A DNA stretch of 64,000 bases from Octopus bimaculoides (Eukaryota), in NCBI RefSeq assembly GCF_001194135.2, contig NC_068983.1:80228264-80292263 (forward strand), given 5' to 3'. Every line of letters starts with the position of its first letter. Position 1 is the stretch's first letter. The notes beneath the pieces were generated by a model. It ran no database searches and was not told the origin of the DNA. It worked only from the letters and a program-made list of their open reading frames with translations. This document shows, piece after piece, positions 40,989 to 55,352 of the stretch. Both the position numbers and the translations under genes were made by a program.

Positions 40989-41247
40989 GTAAGTGGGGTT
41001 CATGATTTTTTTTTAAATCACTAGTTTTTTTATTTTTGTTATCATGTTACCTATTCATTTCTTTGATTTTTTTTTTTCTTCAGTTTACTTTAATTCATTT
41101 GACCCCATGTAATACCGTTTGCAATATCCTTTGGTATTTTCTTACCTTGTTCTTATGTTAACTGTTTTCTCTTTATCATCAAAATCTCACGTATAGATAT
41201 ATTAAGATTCATTATTTTCTTAAATTACTTATACATTTAAATTAATC

Positions 41248-41448
41248 CTTTCTACTACAGGCACAAGGCCTGAAATTTTGGGGAAAGGGGCTAGTCAATT
41301 ATATTTATCCCAGTGCTCAACTGGTACTTATTTCATTGACCCCAAAAGGATGAGAGGCAAAGTTGACCTCAGTGGAATTTGAACTCAGGACAAAACGCTG
41401 CTAAGCATTTTGCCTGACATGCTGACGATTCTTTCAGCTTGCTACCTT
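41248..41448 (-). mobile_element. SINE family A copy, antisense, in the intron after exon 5
   Basis: caggcacaaggcctgaaatttt...gcaaagttgacctcagtggaatttgaactcag is the reverse complement of family A. Confidence 0.8.
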
Positions 41449-41837
41449 GCACAGGATTTTTTTTTCTGAATTAATACATTTAAATTAATGGTATTAATCC
41501 AGGAAAACCGGTGCATTTGTGTAAAGTGTGTTGGGTGAAGTATGCATATTCTTAGATGATAGATGTACTCCATCCTCCTTAGGTCCCTTCAAAGGTGGCA
41601 CCTAAGGGTCAAATGGTGGTGTTAAACTTTTTTTCAAGCCTTCATCTTGGGTCTCCAGTCTGAGGATAGTCCATGAGTAGTGTTTTCTTCTGTCCTTCCC
41701 CAACAAGTCTCAGTGGCCCTACAAAAGGTCATCAGCATTGCTCTTTCTCTTATCATTGAGTCATAAAATAGTAATTAAAAACTAAAAACGTTTTAGTCAT
41801 ATGCAAATTTAAAAGGAATTTTTCTATTTTCTTTTAG

Positions 41838-43002
41838 ATGCTTATCCAGAAACAAATGGTAAGGACCGCCCTAGGCAGAATGGCTACCAGAGCAGTCCTT
41901 GTGGAACACTTAGCAGTCTTTCATCTTCATCAGTAGCTAGTCACAACTCTTATTTGAGTGCATCCAGTACTAGTTTGAATTATGATTCTTTAAAGAGTCT
42001 TGGCTGCCAAGTAGTAGCCTATCATATATGTCAAGCTGACAACAACACAACGTGCATGCTACCTGATTTTGTACACAGTATTGCTGCTACATTAGCCAGA
42101 GCACCACAACTTGAAGCCTACCGTGAAATGTTACTTGTTGATCCCAACTTGTTCAATATCCTTACCATGAAGGAATGCATTCAGAATCCATACCAATCCT
42201 TTGTAAAAGGTGTCTTAGAACCTTTAAAAATGTTAAAAAGCAGTGGAAAGATAACTTCAGACAGTTGTATAATTCTAGTTGATTCGTTAAATGAAGCTGA
42301 ATTCCATCGACCTGACTATGGTGACACAATTGGCTCATTTCTTTTGCATTATTTGCACAAATTTCCTATGTGGTTGAAAGTGATTGTAACTGTGCGAACA
42401 AGTTATATTGAAATTACACGGCAGTTACCTTTCTTCCATATATCTATTGATACTTGTGATGCCACAGTTAAAGACCTACATGATTATATCAGCTATCGCA
42501 TCAATGTCAGTACTGATCTGCAGAACAATATAGCTGTCGATGAGACTGGAACACAAAATAAATTTTGCAACTATTTGCAAACACTTAGTAATGGCAGCTT
42601 TCTTTATTGCAAATTGGTCCTGGATCTTATAGAACGTGGAAACTTAGTTCTTAAGAGTTCCAACTATAAAATTATACCTATTAATATTTCTGAAGTCTTT
42701 CTGCTACATTTCAATTTAAAATTTCCCAGTGTCAGATCTTATGAAAGGATCTACCCAATACTTGGTGTGTGTTTAGCCTCACTTTATCCTCTCAACCAAG
42801 AAGAGATTTATGAAGCCATTAATTCAGGCTCAACAAAGAAATATATTTCTAGAGATGAATTCTTACATAGACTTGAAATACTTTCTGGGTTTCTATACCA
42901 CCGTGAAACAGATAACACCTATATGTTTTTTCATCCAGCCTTTAGGGACTGGCTTATTAAAAGGGATGAAAATGAACACAGAAAGTTTTTATGTGAACTT
43001 CG
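41838..43002 (+). CDS. TANC2: TANC exon 6 (1165 nt): Ser-rich linker and body of the P-loop NTPase domain
   Basis: ttttag acceptor ending 41837, gtgagt donor at 43003, phase 1/2. Contains VVAYHICQADN, IILVDSLNEAEFHRPDYGDT and FFHPAFRDWL. Overlaps ORF 41954..43006. Confidence 0.96.
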
Positions 43003-45534
43003 GTGAGTAAATATTTTCTTTATTTTGCTTTTTTATTTCCAATTAATTTCTAAACCTTTTATATTTCTACACATTCACAAGTTATAAGGAATACTGATAC
43101 TATAATAACTTTAATTTTATTACAACCTCACCCTATGAATCGAAAAACATTTTGGATAGCCTTCTGTCTGACAACTGAATGCTGCTTTCTAAGCACAAAT
43201 GAAATTATACATGAAAATTCCTGGATTAGAGAAGAAAAACCACAATGAATGTAATTACCATGTAACTCATCAGTATCACATGGTTTTTAAGAGCTACATT
43301 TTTCCTTCAGAACATATATACTTTTTTATTGCTGAATATATCTAGTCAGAACTGCTATAGTATCATTTTAATTTTCATAGAGGACAGCTCTGTGAGAAAT
43401 TTAAAACATAGAAGCAAGCTTTAGCTGTATATTAGTTAGAAATTTGGTTATAACATATTACATTAAAGATGAGCCATGATCACCATTTAAAACACATATG
43501 GCTATTATATTCACTATTTGTATATTTTTGGATACTATTGTATACTATAGAATATCAGAAATATTATTATGCATCTATAACCCAATCATATAATTCCACA
43601 ACTGTAGATATACATTGAAATTTTGTGACACTTCTATACTATACAAAACTACCACAAAATAAGACAAAAGTGAATCTACATGTATATGTGTGTTAAATTA
43701 CTGTCATGAATCTTCAACAATGTAATTGTTTAAGTTTCAACAGAGACACTCTCAGATTAAGTTATTTGCCAAACAAGTACTGAATTATTTTTCCTAAAAT
43801 TCACAAAAAATTTAATGATTACTTTTGAATATTATCAGTATATTTTTATTTATAAATTGTTTACTTATATACAGCTGAACATGACACCTCTTTTGGATAT
43901 AAGAGTGTGTGATTCTGCCTTCAAATTTCTTCCAGCTCTTCCTCAAAGGAAAATCAAATAAGTCATCAAAGATCCTGTTTTCTGATTCCATGTATCTTAC
44001 ATGTCATGTGCTTTCTTTAGGTTGAATTTTGAAACCTGTGGAAAAAATACTTTTTGGTTTTTGATCTACTGACTGTCGATGGCTATGGTCAGGATCTTCT
44101 ATTTTGTCATCCTTTTTTGAAATGACATGCTAGATACAAAGTATCTGAATCTCATATTGATGAAAAGATCATATCAATAAAATTTGCTGCAGTTGTAATC
44201 TTCATTCCAGGAGAATAACTCATTCATAAATATGTGAAATCCATCTTAATGCTTTTATCACCTCCAGACTTGGATATGTGTTTTTTCCTTTGTTGGCAAC
44301 AGTTGCTCAAACATCAGTAAATTATAATTTCTACTTTGATATTCAGTATGTACTGTTATGGGAATGTCAAATATTCCTAGAATCAATACTGATCTAATTT
44401 TATCATTGAAAATGCTATTAATGATATATAAAAGCTTTCCTCCATTGAATATGTCCTATGACAGAAAAGAGAGATATGAATAAGTGATATAATGATCGTT
44501 TACATGAAAATGTTATAGATAATTATTGTTTAGTATCTTGTCAAAGAATATTATCAAATAGTGCTAGTTCTCTCCCATTGAACATGTTGAAACATATCCC
44601 TTCTTTGTTAACAAGGTGTGGAGTAAGTAAGATAACAAGGTGTGGAATAAATAAGATAGATGATGGCTGCTACATGAATTTTAGTTTTCTTAAGAAGAAG
44701 CCCAAGTAGACATTCTACACTAATTAATTCATAGGAAAAGGAGAATTACTGATGTTTTTTATAGCCTTTTCATCAGTGGCTTGTATTTTTTTAATAAACA
44801 AACTTTCCTTATTAATTCTTGTTTTATCTGGGGTATATTCTGTACATTGATAGAGTGGGAAGACAAGAAATTTGGAAGATATGGTTTTCATGCATGTTTC
44901 CAGATGTTCACTAAGTGAAATTTGTTTATATATGATGTGAGCAAATTATCTGTAGCATGTCTTCTAAAACAGTTATGAAGATATATTCATTATGTATTCA
45001 TTTTTTAAAATAAAATTGTAGCTTTAAATTGTTTCACTGTTACATTTATAGAAGTAACTTGAAAATTATTTTATAATATAAAGGATTTAAAGAAATTATT
45101 AGAATTTTTCAAAGTTCTGTAACCTAAAATATCTTAATCTATATTCAAATGTTTTAAAACTTGCACATATGAAATATAATAATTAAAAAAGAATGTGAAC
45201 ACTGATGTACAACAATTTTGTGGCAATTCATAACCATTTTTGACATTACCAAAACCATTGTTTCCTTTCTTAAGTCATATCATTGAAAAAATATCATATT
45301 GCTGTAAATCAGTGACTGACTTGTTGGTTAATATTTTGTATTCATACATTCAACAAGCCTATTGTCCACAAATTCTTTTGATGCAGCAAAACCTTTACTT
45401 GTGGCACTATACAGCTAATGAATTAATTTTATATGAGAATATATATTTATAATTGTGGGAAAGTTAAACAGAAAGAAGTTATTTAGCAATAGAAGTAACA
45501 ATATTTTAATTTGACCTGAAGTTCCATCTCCGCG

Positions 45535-45536
<2 letters not shown>

Positions 45537-45591
<55 letters not shown>
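45537..45591. repeat. (CA)n microsatellite
   Basis: Read directly from the sequence. Confidence 0.97.
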
Positions 45592-45594
<3 letters not shown>

Positions 45595-46796
45595 TCAATG
45601 TTTCTCCAGTTCTGGTTATTTACAACTTGACAGAGTACATGTGATTATTAACAGCATCAGAACTAATGAAATCTTAACAAGAATCAAATCCAGGATCTTT
45701 TCATTTTCAAGCTCTTGATCTCACTTTAACTTAATATCTTAACCAGATGATATTTTTTTATAGTCACAGCGAGTATATTATTTTTGATTTATATGAATTG
45801 ATCAAAATATTACAATGTTTGATCAAAACTAAAAAAGTTGGAAATTTGTATATTGACACCTGTGCTCTACTGTATCTTAAGTCAGAACACTTTCTATTGA
45901 CCCAGTCCATCTAAATCTAAACACTTACTATATTGTGGGAACAACTTATTCTATGACAAGCAGTAACTGTACTGGACTAACACTGATGAGTTTTTTATAA
46001 GTTTGCAGAGCTGAATTCAATTCGTTCTGTGAGTATAGATTGCCCCTATGACATACAGATTATGGAACTCACCTCAAAATCCATATGATTAATATTTACA
46101 GAATCAATTTTCATTCCCTGTGCTATAAATGATAAATAGATCAAAATATAGTTGGCCATTGGGTCAATGTAATATGGAAATGTAATAAGTAAATATGAAA
46201 TACTGGGATAATGCTTTCATTTTAATCATTGTGCTTAATAGTTTTTTGCTTATCGTTAATATAAGTCTTTTGAATAAGCTTTCAAGAGGAGATTGATTTC
46301 AGAAAATATTTTTTGAAATAATGAAGATAATGGAATATATTACACATATAATTAATGATCACTGCTACACTCCATTCCATTTTGTAAGGTTGGTGTTGCA
46401 AAAAAAATTCTTTAATTATAAATATTCTCTGGTGAAGCACTTAAAGAACTATGTTGAATTTTTGTTTTATAAATCACATTATAAATCAACATATAATGTG
46501 ACGTATAAATTTTGACAGACATGAATAGTTTGATAAATTAACGTATATTTTGACAAGCATATGTTATATTTGTTATTTAATGTTTCCAATCTTATTTAAA
46601 TGCAAGTATGAACGAAATGAATATTTGCTTTTTAAAATTTATTTGTACGACTGGGTTTGTGTTAGCAAACATTTACATATTTGAATGTATATTCCTGTGT
46701 GTGTATGTATTTATTTCCTTTCGAAAATTTAATTTCTACAGTCTGGTTATGTGTATTTACATAATTAAATGTATATGCATATGTGTGTTTGTGTGT

Positions 46797-47345
46797 TCAA
46801 GGCAGCAAATTTGCAAAATCAGAGCATTGGATAGAATGCATTATAGTATTTGTTCTGACCCTTTGTACTCTGAGTTCAAATGCCACTGAGGTCAACGTTG
46901 CCTTTTATTCTTTCAGAGTCAATAGGAAAGTACCAATATGTGGGGGATTGACTGAACTGTAAGAAAATCACACCAGATACCTGGCAGTATTTTCCTTGGC
47001 TCTTAGTATTTACAGTTCAGATTCTACCATGGCTTACTTTGGTATTAGACTTAATCTGTAATCTGGTTTAAGGCTAACTGTTTCCCTTGTTCCTACCAGT
47101 CTTTGGGATTCTCTAAGAAGCTATGGACTTTTCTCTTCTCACTAAAATATACAAATAAATAATACATTCTAATTTTGACACAAAGCCAACAATTTTGAGA
47201 GGAGGATCAAGTCAATTACATCAACCCAGTACTTAACTGAAAGAATAAAAGGTTAAGTCAACTTCAGTGAATGTTAAGAGTCAGAAGAAATGCAGCTAAG
47301 CATTTTGTCTGATACACTAACAATTCTGCCAACTCACTGCCTTGA
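46797..47345. mobile_element. Inverted pair of degenerate family A SINEs (46797-46960 +, 47165-47345 -)
   Basis: gagttcaaatgccactgaggtcaac on the + strand; gctaagcattttgtctg...ttctgccaactcactgcc on the - strand. Confidence 0.65.
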
Positions 47346-47974
47346 TGAAAATTAATTATAATAATCATCAGATTGTTATTTGAGTGTTTTGCCAACAAAC
47401 TCCTTATCCACTTTCTTATTCCTTGAGAGTATACCCTGACACCTCATCCTTGCCATCCTTTCCTGCTGGGGTAGCCATGTATCTCCTCTGCACCAAAACA
47501 CCTGTTCTTGTCTACTCAACACCTAGTAGAAAGCCACCACCCTCATTTTTGTATTGCCCCTCTATCTAAGAGTCTTGTCTTGCAAGTTATTTGGTAACCT
47601 CACTAGTGCTGATGCCACAGAAAAATCACCCAGTACAATCTGTAAAGTAGTTGGCATTAAGAAATGCATCAAGTTGTAGAAATCATGATAAAGCAATCCT
47701 CTGGCTCATCAGATATGTATGTGTGTGTCTATATATGCTTTCTATGTATCCTCTGGGACTTATCTAACTGAAAAATCCAAGCAAGTGAAACCCTTTTTAT
47801 AATATCAGTCCTCACACTTCTCCTTTGGATGTATAAAAATACACAGGAAATTCTAAATACTGTTTTTTTTTTGTCATGCAGTTTAACTTTAATTATGTAG
47901 TGTGTGTGTGTGTGTGTGTGTACATTTACATACTTATATGGGTGTGTGTATGTATATGGGGAGGTGTATGTGTA

Positions 47975-48185
47975 TCATCATCATCATCATCATCCATGCT
48001 TGCATCAGTCAGATAGAGTTTATTATAGCAGCTTTTCTACAGCAGGATGCACTTTCTGTTGCCAACCCTCACCTGTTTCCAAGTAAGGTAATATTTACCC
48101 ATAACCAGACATGTTTTAGCAGTATATTGGAAATGAATAGTACTGTTTGTATGACAGTGACACTCATTTCAACTATCACATGATA
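47975..48185 (-). mobile_element. Retroposon family D; related copies at about 49690-49890 (+) and 32105-32290 (-)
   Basis: (CAT)n followed by ccatgcttgcat...ctcacctgtttccaagtaaggtaatattt. The 49700-49890 copy is the reverse complement. Confidence 0.65.
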
Positions 48186-48521
48186 TCAAGGCACAATGTG
48201 CTATTTCCAGCAGAAGATATGTCTGAAACCCAGACAATTGAAGAAAGCTATCAAGGAAATAAGGCATAGCACCTGGAACTACCTCAAAATAGCTATGGTT
48301 GATTAAAAAATTGCATTGGTGAAGACTAGCTCAGTCCTTGCTGCCCCACTCAGGTGAAATGTACAGGCTAAGGGACAAAACGCTTGTGATCCTGAGGTGC
48401 CTGCTAATGATACAGAAGGGTTTCCAGCATTGCCATGAATTTAGAAGAGCTTGCAAAACCTCTGAGTAGCTCTTGCAGTTTCTACATGGGGCAAAGCATT
48501 TCTGATGTTTTTCACACACAC

Positions 48522-48592
<71 letters not shown>

Positions 48593-48596
48593 TAGC

Positions 48597-48644
<48 letters not shown>

Positions 48645-48670
48645 GATGAGTGAGTGAGAGAGAGAGAGAG
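48522..48670. repeat. Compound (GACA)n(GATA)n(GA)n microsatellite
   Basis: Read directly from the sequence. Confidence 0.97.
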
Positions 48671-50633
48671 AAAGGGGTCAGTGGGACCTTACTTAGACTC
48701 AGATTCTCTTGGTTTGTGAGATGCATAATTGTTCTTGTATTGACCTTTATTCTATTCTCCTTCTTCTGATGTCTTATGTGTATATTGGGAACAATTTTTC
48801 TTTCAAATAGGTTATATTAAAAACACTATTAATTCAAGTCTGATCTTTTGTATTAAATCTTTTACATATTCCTCTTTTAATACCATCACATTATGATGAG
48901 AATGGCACTGTGAAAGTTTAAAATCATTAATAGACTAACAAATTCAAAGACATTATTGTTCCCAACTAAAAATAAAGGATTGAAGAAATATGAAACATTT
49001 TCAATGGAAATTATCAAATTTGAATATAGTCATATTTTAATATAACACACACACACATACATGTACAGACATTTTTTTTTTCACGTTTGTAAATTCATTT
49101 CTATAAATTCAGTTACATTCAGTAGTATTTTAATTAATGATTGTGTATTTAGTGGTATATGAACCCCCTTTGGTTTTTCTTTGTTACACTTCTTTTTTAT
49201 TATTCAATAAAAGTCTTCTCTCGCAGAGATATATTTCCAATGCTCTGCCACTCTAGATTTTCTACCTTTCCTTACTTGATGGACTTTATCTATTTTTCCC
49301 TCTAATCAGAGTTTTCCAGCGTTCATCACATCTGATCTTCTGGAACCGTAACTTTTATGCTGTCTTTGCAAGTTGCCTGACATGGTTTGAAAATTATATC
49401 AGCAAAATGTATTTTATATAGTAGCATGAACAATGAGATAATAACTTAATTGATGCTTACTTAATAATCGGCATCATCTCAGCAACAGAAACATACAATA
49501 TATTTTGTATGTAGGCATTGTGTTAAGAAATTTGATTTCTGCTCTTGTGGTCTCGGGTTCAGTTCAACTGCACAGCACCTTGTAAACAGAAGCTGAAAGA
49601 ATCTTATCACATGTGTATGTGTGTGTGCACACCATTGTCTAAACATCATTTGATGTTTATAAATGAACATTATCATTATCATACCAAGCTTGTTCATTTC
49701 AAGTCTTCCATGAAAAACATGTCTAGCTATGAGAAATTATTACCTTGCCTAGAAACAGGTGAATCTTAGCAACAGAAAGAGTATCCAGCCATAGAAAATC
49801 TGCCTCAACAAATTCTGTCTGACTCATGTGAGCACAGAAATGATGATGATGAGAAGGAGGAAGAGAAGTTTGAAGATGATGGTGATGGCAGTGGTAAACA
49901 TACAATACAGCCAATCATTTCAAATATTTTTGCTTTTTATTTAGAAAAAAAAGATTATTTTATATCTATTTTTTAAACAATAGGGCACAATGATTAACTT
50001 TACTGTTTACTCTCTGAGTTCAAAAAAGAAAAAAAAAAAAGAAAGGTATCAGTGAAATGGTAAAATTGTAAGAAAATCAGATCAGTTGCCTTGCAGTGTT
50101 TGTTCTGGCTCTTTGATTTCGGAATTGAAATTACTCTATCTTACTTAGTAAATAGATTTAATCCATCAACCTGTTTAACACCACCACATGGCACTTTTAG
50201 TGCCTTTAGTAGAATCTACTTTGTTGCAAGTATTCTGGAAGGTCTCTGGTTTGAGTTTATCTTATTCCCACTCTCCCATTCCTCTTGGAGGCCCTATGAA
50301 AGAGCATCATCACTGCTGTCCTTCCTGGTTAAAAAATATTTTTAAAAATTTTAAATACAGTGTAAGTAATAAATATGTTTATAATAACAAATCCTGTTTC
50401 TTCAACTTTTCTTCTTTTTTAACTATTATCAGCCACTCCTATCTTCTTCCATTTTTTTAATTTCATTTTTATATTCTCAAAAATTTACTAATATTTTAAC
50501 ACTATATTGATATCAATTGACATTGAACAAATACATTTAAACAATGTATATTGATGTCAGTTGACATCTATGTATAGTGATGTCAATTAATAAAAAGTTA
50601 ACCAACAAGAATTCTTTTTGCTCAATATTTAAG

Positions 50634-50865
50634 GTATGGTCACAGCTTGATGGCATTTCGCTTGTCAAGAATTTGTAGCAATCAAGATCCTGAAAAGTCG
50701 CTGGAACTTGGTCATCACATCCTGAAAGCCAACATATATAAAAACCTGTGTCGCCAGTCACAGTTTTCATCGCGAGTTTTTCTTGCCTATTGGATGTGCC
50801 TTTGCTCTGACAACCTCAATGCTGCTTTAGTCACTCAACGGAATCTTTTCTCCCCAAATGTTAAG
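50634..50865 (+). CDS. TANC2: TANC exon 7: YGHSLMAFRLSR...LELGHHILKANIYK...NLFSPNVK
   Basis: tttaag acceptor, gtaact donor at 50866, phase 2/0. Confidence 0.94.
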
Positions 50866-51976
50866 GTAACTAACATATTATTTTAACATAAAAATGATTT
50901 TTGAAAAATAATGTCAATATAATTTTATTATTACATTTACTTCTTTATACTTATAGATAGAATATAAAGAAATTAAACATGCAGATGAAAGCATGCATCT
51001 AGTTCTCATTGTTTTAGAAAGAAAAGACTTTAACATTGTCATAATAAATATTTTTAAACAAGCCACAAGTGTGATTATTTTATAATTTTGTTGGTTTTTT
51101 TAATAAATATTTAGACAGATTTAGATGACTAGTTGTGTAGCCATACAAAAGAGAGACAAGATAAAGCATATTGGTGGTTGGTGCTTTTAATGTTATGCCT
51201 TCCAAATACTTGGTATATTAGTCACTGAGAAGAAACTGCTTAAACTGTCAGTTTATGGACTATTAAACAAACTCAAACAATGCCCTTCATAAGTTCAGTA
51301 AATAAGTGTGAATGGTGAGCAGGGTGATTATCCCAAGGTGGGATAACGGGTCTTTACAGACCCTTCCAGACTGATTTCAGTTTAAACTTCCATAATTTGA
51401 TATCTAAAGAAAATATGGTCATGGATGAGATAAAAAGGGAACCTCTACATGGTTGCTTGATCTGATAGAATTAGCATGCAGATCTTTGTCTTACAACTCC
51501 CTACAATCTTATAAAAGAAACATTTTACTGGAGTAAAATAAAACATGATAGACTTGTTGATCTATTTGATCCAAGCTGATCTGGGATGAAACAACAATGT
51601 CATCAAGTAAAGGAATTTTAGGAAATTTCTATATAGAGAGGATGAAGTGTTTAGTAAAGAATGCGAAGAGTGAGACAAAATATTTGTGAATACTTGAGTC
51701 ACTATACAACAGATAGAAGGGAGATATGATAAATTGGTGTTTGGTGAGTTTACTGGTATGTCTTTAAGAAACTTACAGCTAGAATTGTTAGAATGCAGGT
51801 GAATTTTATAATTGTGGGTCGCATTTGGTAATGATTACCAAAATCAAATTTTAAACCATTATAGTTAAAATGTTTTAGTAAGAGAATATTTTATATATGT
51901 TTTTACCTGTCTGTTTCTTTTTTTATATTGAGAAAAGAAAACTTTGGTTCATTTTCTTTTTTTATCCTTTATTTAG

Positions 51977-52213
51977 GTTAGCCGCTTACTTATATTAGCC
52001 GGAGCTAATCCCAATGCCAAGAGTAACTTTCTCAATCAAGCCCCAATTTTGTGTGTGAGTGCACGAGAAGGCTTCCTTGAAATGGTGTCATCATTGTTAG
52101 AATTTTCAGCCTATGTGGATGCTGTATGTGAAGATGGGATGACTGCCTTATGTCATGCAGCTGCTAATGGACATCTGGATGTTATTAAATTATTGTGTTC
52201 GAAAAAAGCAAAT
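51977..52213 (+). CDS. TANC2: TANC exon 8, ankyrin repeats: [13 protein letters not shown]...[20 protein letters not shown]
   Basis: tttag acceptor, gtaagt donor at 52214, 237 nt, phase 0/0. Confidence 0.95.
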
Positions 52214-53168
52214 GTAAGTAATTATCTTCATATTTCAACAGACATCATTCAAAACAACAAAATATCTTTGCAATGATCTCAAATTCTATTTCAGCTTCTG
52301 ACAGTGTGATAAAAAGAAATATATATATATATAAATTATAACTTGTTCTTTCATTTTATCTAACATATGACAGATGGAATAAGATTAATCTCTTGAATCA
52401 TTTTTGTATTTACTGAATTTGATACCAATTTATCTGTACTCAATGTCTCTTCAAAAATTTTTCTTTACTAGAGTTTACTGCAACCAGTTAAAATATTTAT
52501 AATCTTTTCAAAACAACCTGTGCTTCCTTATATGAGACTGATCCAAACTAACAGCATTCCCTAGCATTTTCCCTGGTACAGAGTATTAGTGAAGTCTTTA
52601 TGATGCATCTTGAATTTTCTAAATAAAGAAACAAAAATATAAATGAAAATATATTTAGAAACAGTGTAAAAATATATACATACAGAAGACAAAATAAACT
52701 GAATACTTCTTGGTAAAATATTCTCAATATTGACCCCTTTTCTTGCTAATACTTTTGATACTAATCTACTTGAGACTACCCTCTTGTCTTTTTTTTATAT
52801 ATATAAACCTGCATGTTTAAACTGTTCATATTTAAATTAGATCCTTTTGTTATGGTTTTATATAAGAATATTTTGTTTAGTTATATTTCAAATACCAAAT
52901 TAATATAAAACTATTGTAAAATTAATCATCTTACTAAAGGCATACAAATTCTTAAGTATTTTCAAAATTAATTGAAACACAAAAGCATTGTATTTCATTA
53001 GGTGTGTGGTCATATTAAGATTAAAACAGTGGCACCAAAGCTTACTTTACTGAAAGTTCCTGCAACTTGAGAACTGGTTTTGGCTTGACGAGAATGTAAT
53101 ATTTCTCATAAAATTGATATTTTCTTTTGTATATCAATTGTTATATTTTGATTAATTTTTCTTTTCAG

Positions 53169-53345
53169 TTAAGTCATACAGATAAATGTGGACAATGTCC
53201 AGCCGTCCATGCAGCCATGCATGGACACCTTGAGTCATTAGCTTTCCTCTTACAATGTGATTGGTCAAGCGCATCAAGTCAACAACAAAAGATTGAAGCC
53301 ATGCAACAGGCATTTGTTGCTGCTGCTGCAATGGGGCACAAACAT
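53169..53345 (+). CDS. TANC2: TANC exon 9, ankyrin: LSHTDKCGQCPAVHAAMHGH...QQAFVAAAAMGHKH
   Basis: tttcag acceptor, gtaagt donor at 53346, 177 nt, phase 0/0. Confidence 0.94.
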
Positions 53346-53559
53346 GTAAGTGTTCTTTTATATTTCAATCCATAAATTCAAAACAGAAAAAAATAAACAA
53401 CCAATTACCAATAATTGATTGGGAATTTAGTTTGAAATATGTATCTATACAGTAACATGGTAGATTGTTTTTTGAATTATAATGTTCCTGCTGTTTCTCT
53501 TTAGCCCTAGGAGAAGCCTAATAAGGCTAATGTGTAATAGGAAGTATTTTAGCTGTGAA

Positions 53560-53720
53560 TATGCTTTTTCATAGACACTGTGTGCTTATGGCTACATCAT
53601 CCAGCATGTCTTTTTTTCTTCTCTCGAATGGCTGGATTTTAGGAAGGATTTTGCTGAAAAGCTTTTTTCTACAAAGCTGAACAACCATACAGAGGCACTC
53701 TTGTTAGCTTTGTTATTATG
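53560..53720 (-). mobile_element. Short RTE-like LINE relic
   Basis: Minus scraps LYGC and LPKI...RRKKRHAG resemble the RTE RT C-terminus. Confidence 0.35.
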
Positions 53721-54425
53721 TTTAATCCATACTTCTCCAACCTCATGAATCAACAACAGCTAATTTTTTATGGCTGTGTGTTACCAGATAAACATATCAA
53801 CTTTTGAGCCTTGTTTCATCAATGACAGAATTAATATAAGTATATATTAGCCAATATATGAGAAAATACAGAAATGAATATTGTAAAATCGTACATATAT
53901 TTTAGCATAATAAAATGGCTAAAATACTGCACAAATATGTATATATAGTATATGTTGTATTTATGATGACTTGAGATGGAACATAATATGAAAACTTAGT
54001 GAAGAAGGAAAATTGATATAACAACAGATGGCAGCATAAGATGAAGTAGACCAAAGTTGTTTGGACACATTGTGGAAACAGAACTAGAAATATTCTGGGA
54101 TAAATGAAAAAATATCATGTGAAGCAAGAAGTAGAAAAGATTTGAAGAAAATATAAAACAAGAATATAAATATTACCTAACAGTATTTGCAATAAATTAA
54201 GACATCAAACTTTAAAAGAAAAAACATCAAAAAGAGAGGTTAGAATAAAAGTACTTGAATATTTAGAGTGATTTAAATGAATGTTAATGAAATTTTGAAA
54301 TGAATATTTTTTTTAAAATTAATTTTAAATTTGTTGGATATTAAATATGTTTAAAAAAAGAAATGTGATGGTGTGGAGAAGAAATATATTTCATTAAAAA
54401 GATATACCTTTTGTTATATTTGCAG

Positions 54426-54513
54426 ATCTGTGATTATTTAGTAGTACATGCTGTTGGGAGAAGTAATGAAGCTTTCAGCATAGATGCAGTTGATACTTTA
54501 ATTGGAGAAACAG
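54426..54513 (+). CDS. TANC2: TANC exon 10: ICDYLVVHAVGRSNEAFSIDAVDTLIGET
   Basis: tgcag acceptor, gttagt donor at 54514, 88 nt, phase 0/1. DTLIGET matches TANC DTLWGET. Confidence 0.9.
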
Positions 54514-55352
54514 GTTAGTAAGATAATGTTATATATGTAAATATTGACTTTACTCAATGTATAGATACATGGTAATTATATGGATTGACTCATAACTATA
54601 GTCCTTTTTTTTTTCTCTCTCCCATAATAAAGTTAAAAATGGAATATCTCTGAAAGCAGACATAAAACAATTTAAAAACTCTTAAAATACATTTTATCAT
54701 CACAGCCAACACATCTTTAAAATATTATTCCTTAACTGGAATTAAATCAAATGTGGGATTAAAAGAAAAAAAATCATTCTAGTGCAGTTATTTGATTGTT
54801 AACCATTCAAATAACATAAGTAATTGTATTAACTTTTTTTTGACTTACCTTCATCTGTGTATGCAGGCATGGCTGTGCAGTTATGAAGTTCACTGCTTTG
54901 CAACCATATGGTCCTGAGTTCAATCCAACTGCACAGAACCTTGTGAACTTAACAAATGCTTTATATCATACCCTTAGGCTTACTATTTTTTATTAAAATT
55001 TTAAGTGCAACAATTTTCTAATATTTTCTTTTCTGACAAAATACAAAAATCAGTATGTTATAAAGTTATATTGTCTTACAAGATTTGATTTTAGAAAATT
55101 TTCTAAAATGCAAAATTTTCTCTATTTATATAGTACAATGTATTTTCAAGCATTTAATTTATCTTGTTCTGAATATATTATTATAATTTTAAAATATGTG
55201 AAGAGAATTTTCTAATTTTTGTTCTTTTTTAAATTCTGTGGTTAGAGTATATTTTAATGTTGATCTGACTTTTAAGAAATGTGTCTTAAATTCATGTTTA
55301 TAATCACTACAATCTCTTTACATTACAAATATTTTCTGTCTATGATTTAAAG

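Noticed and set aside
44000-44330. Possible mariner transposase N-terminal relic on the minus strand
   Set aside because: Only vague peptide similarity and no TIRs found; too weak to call.
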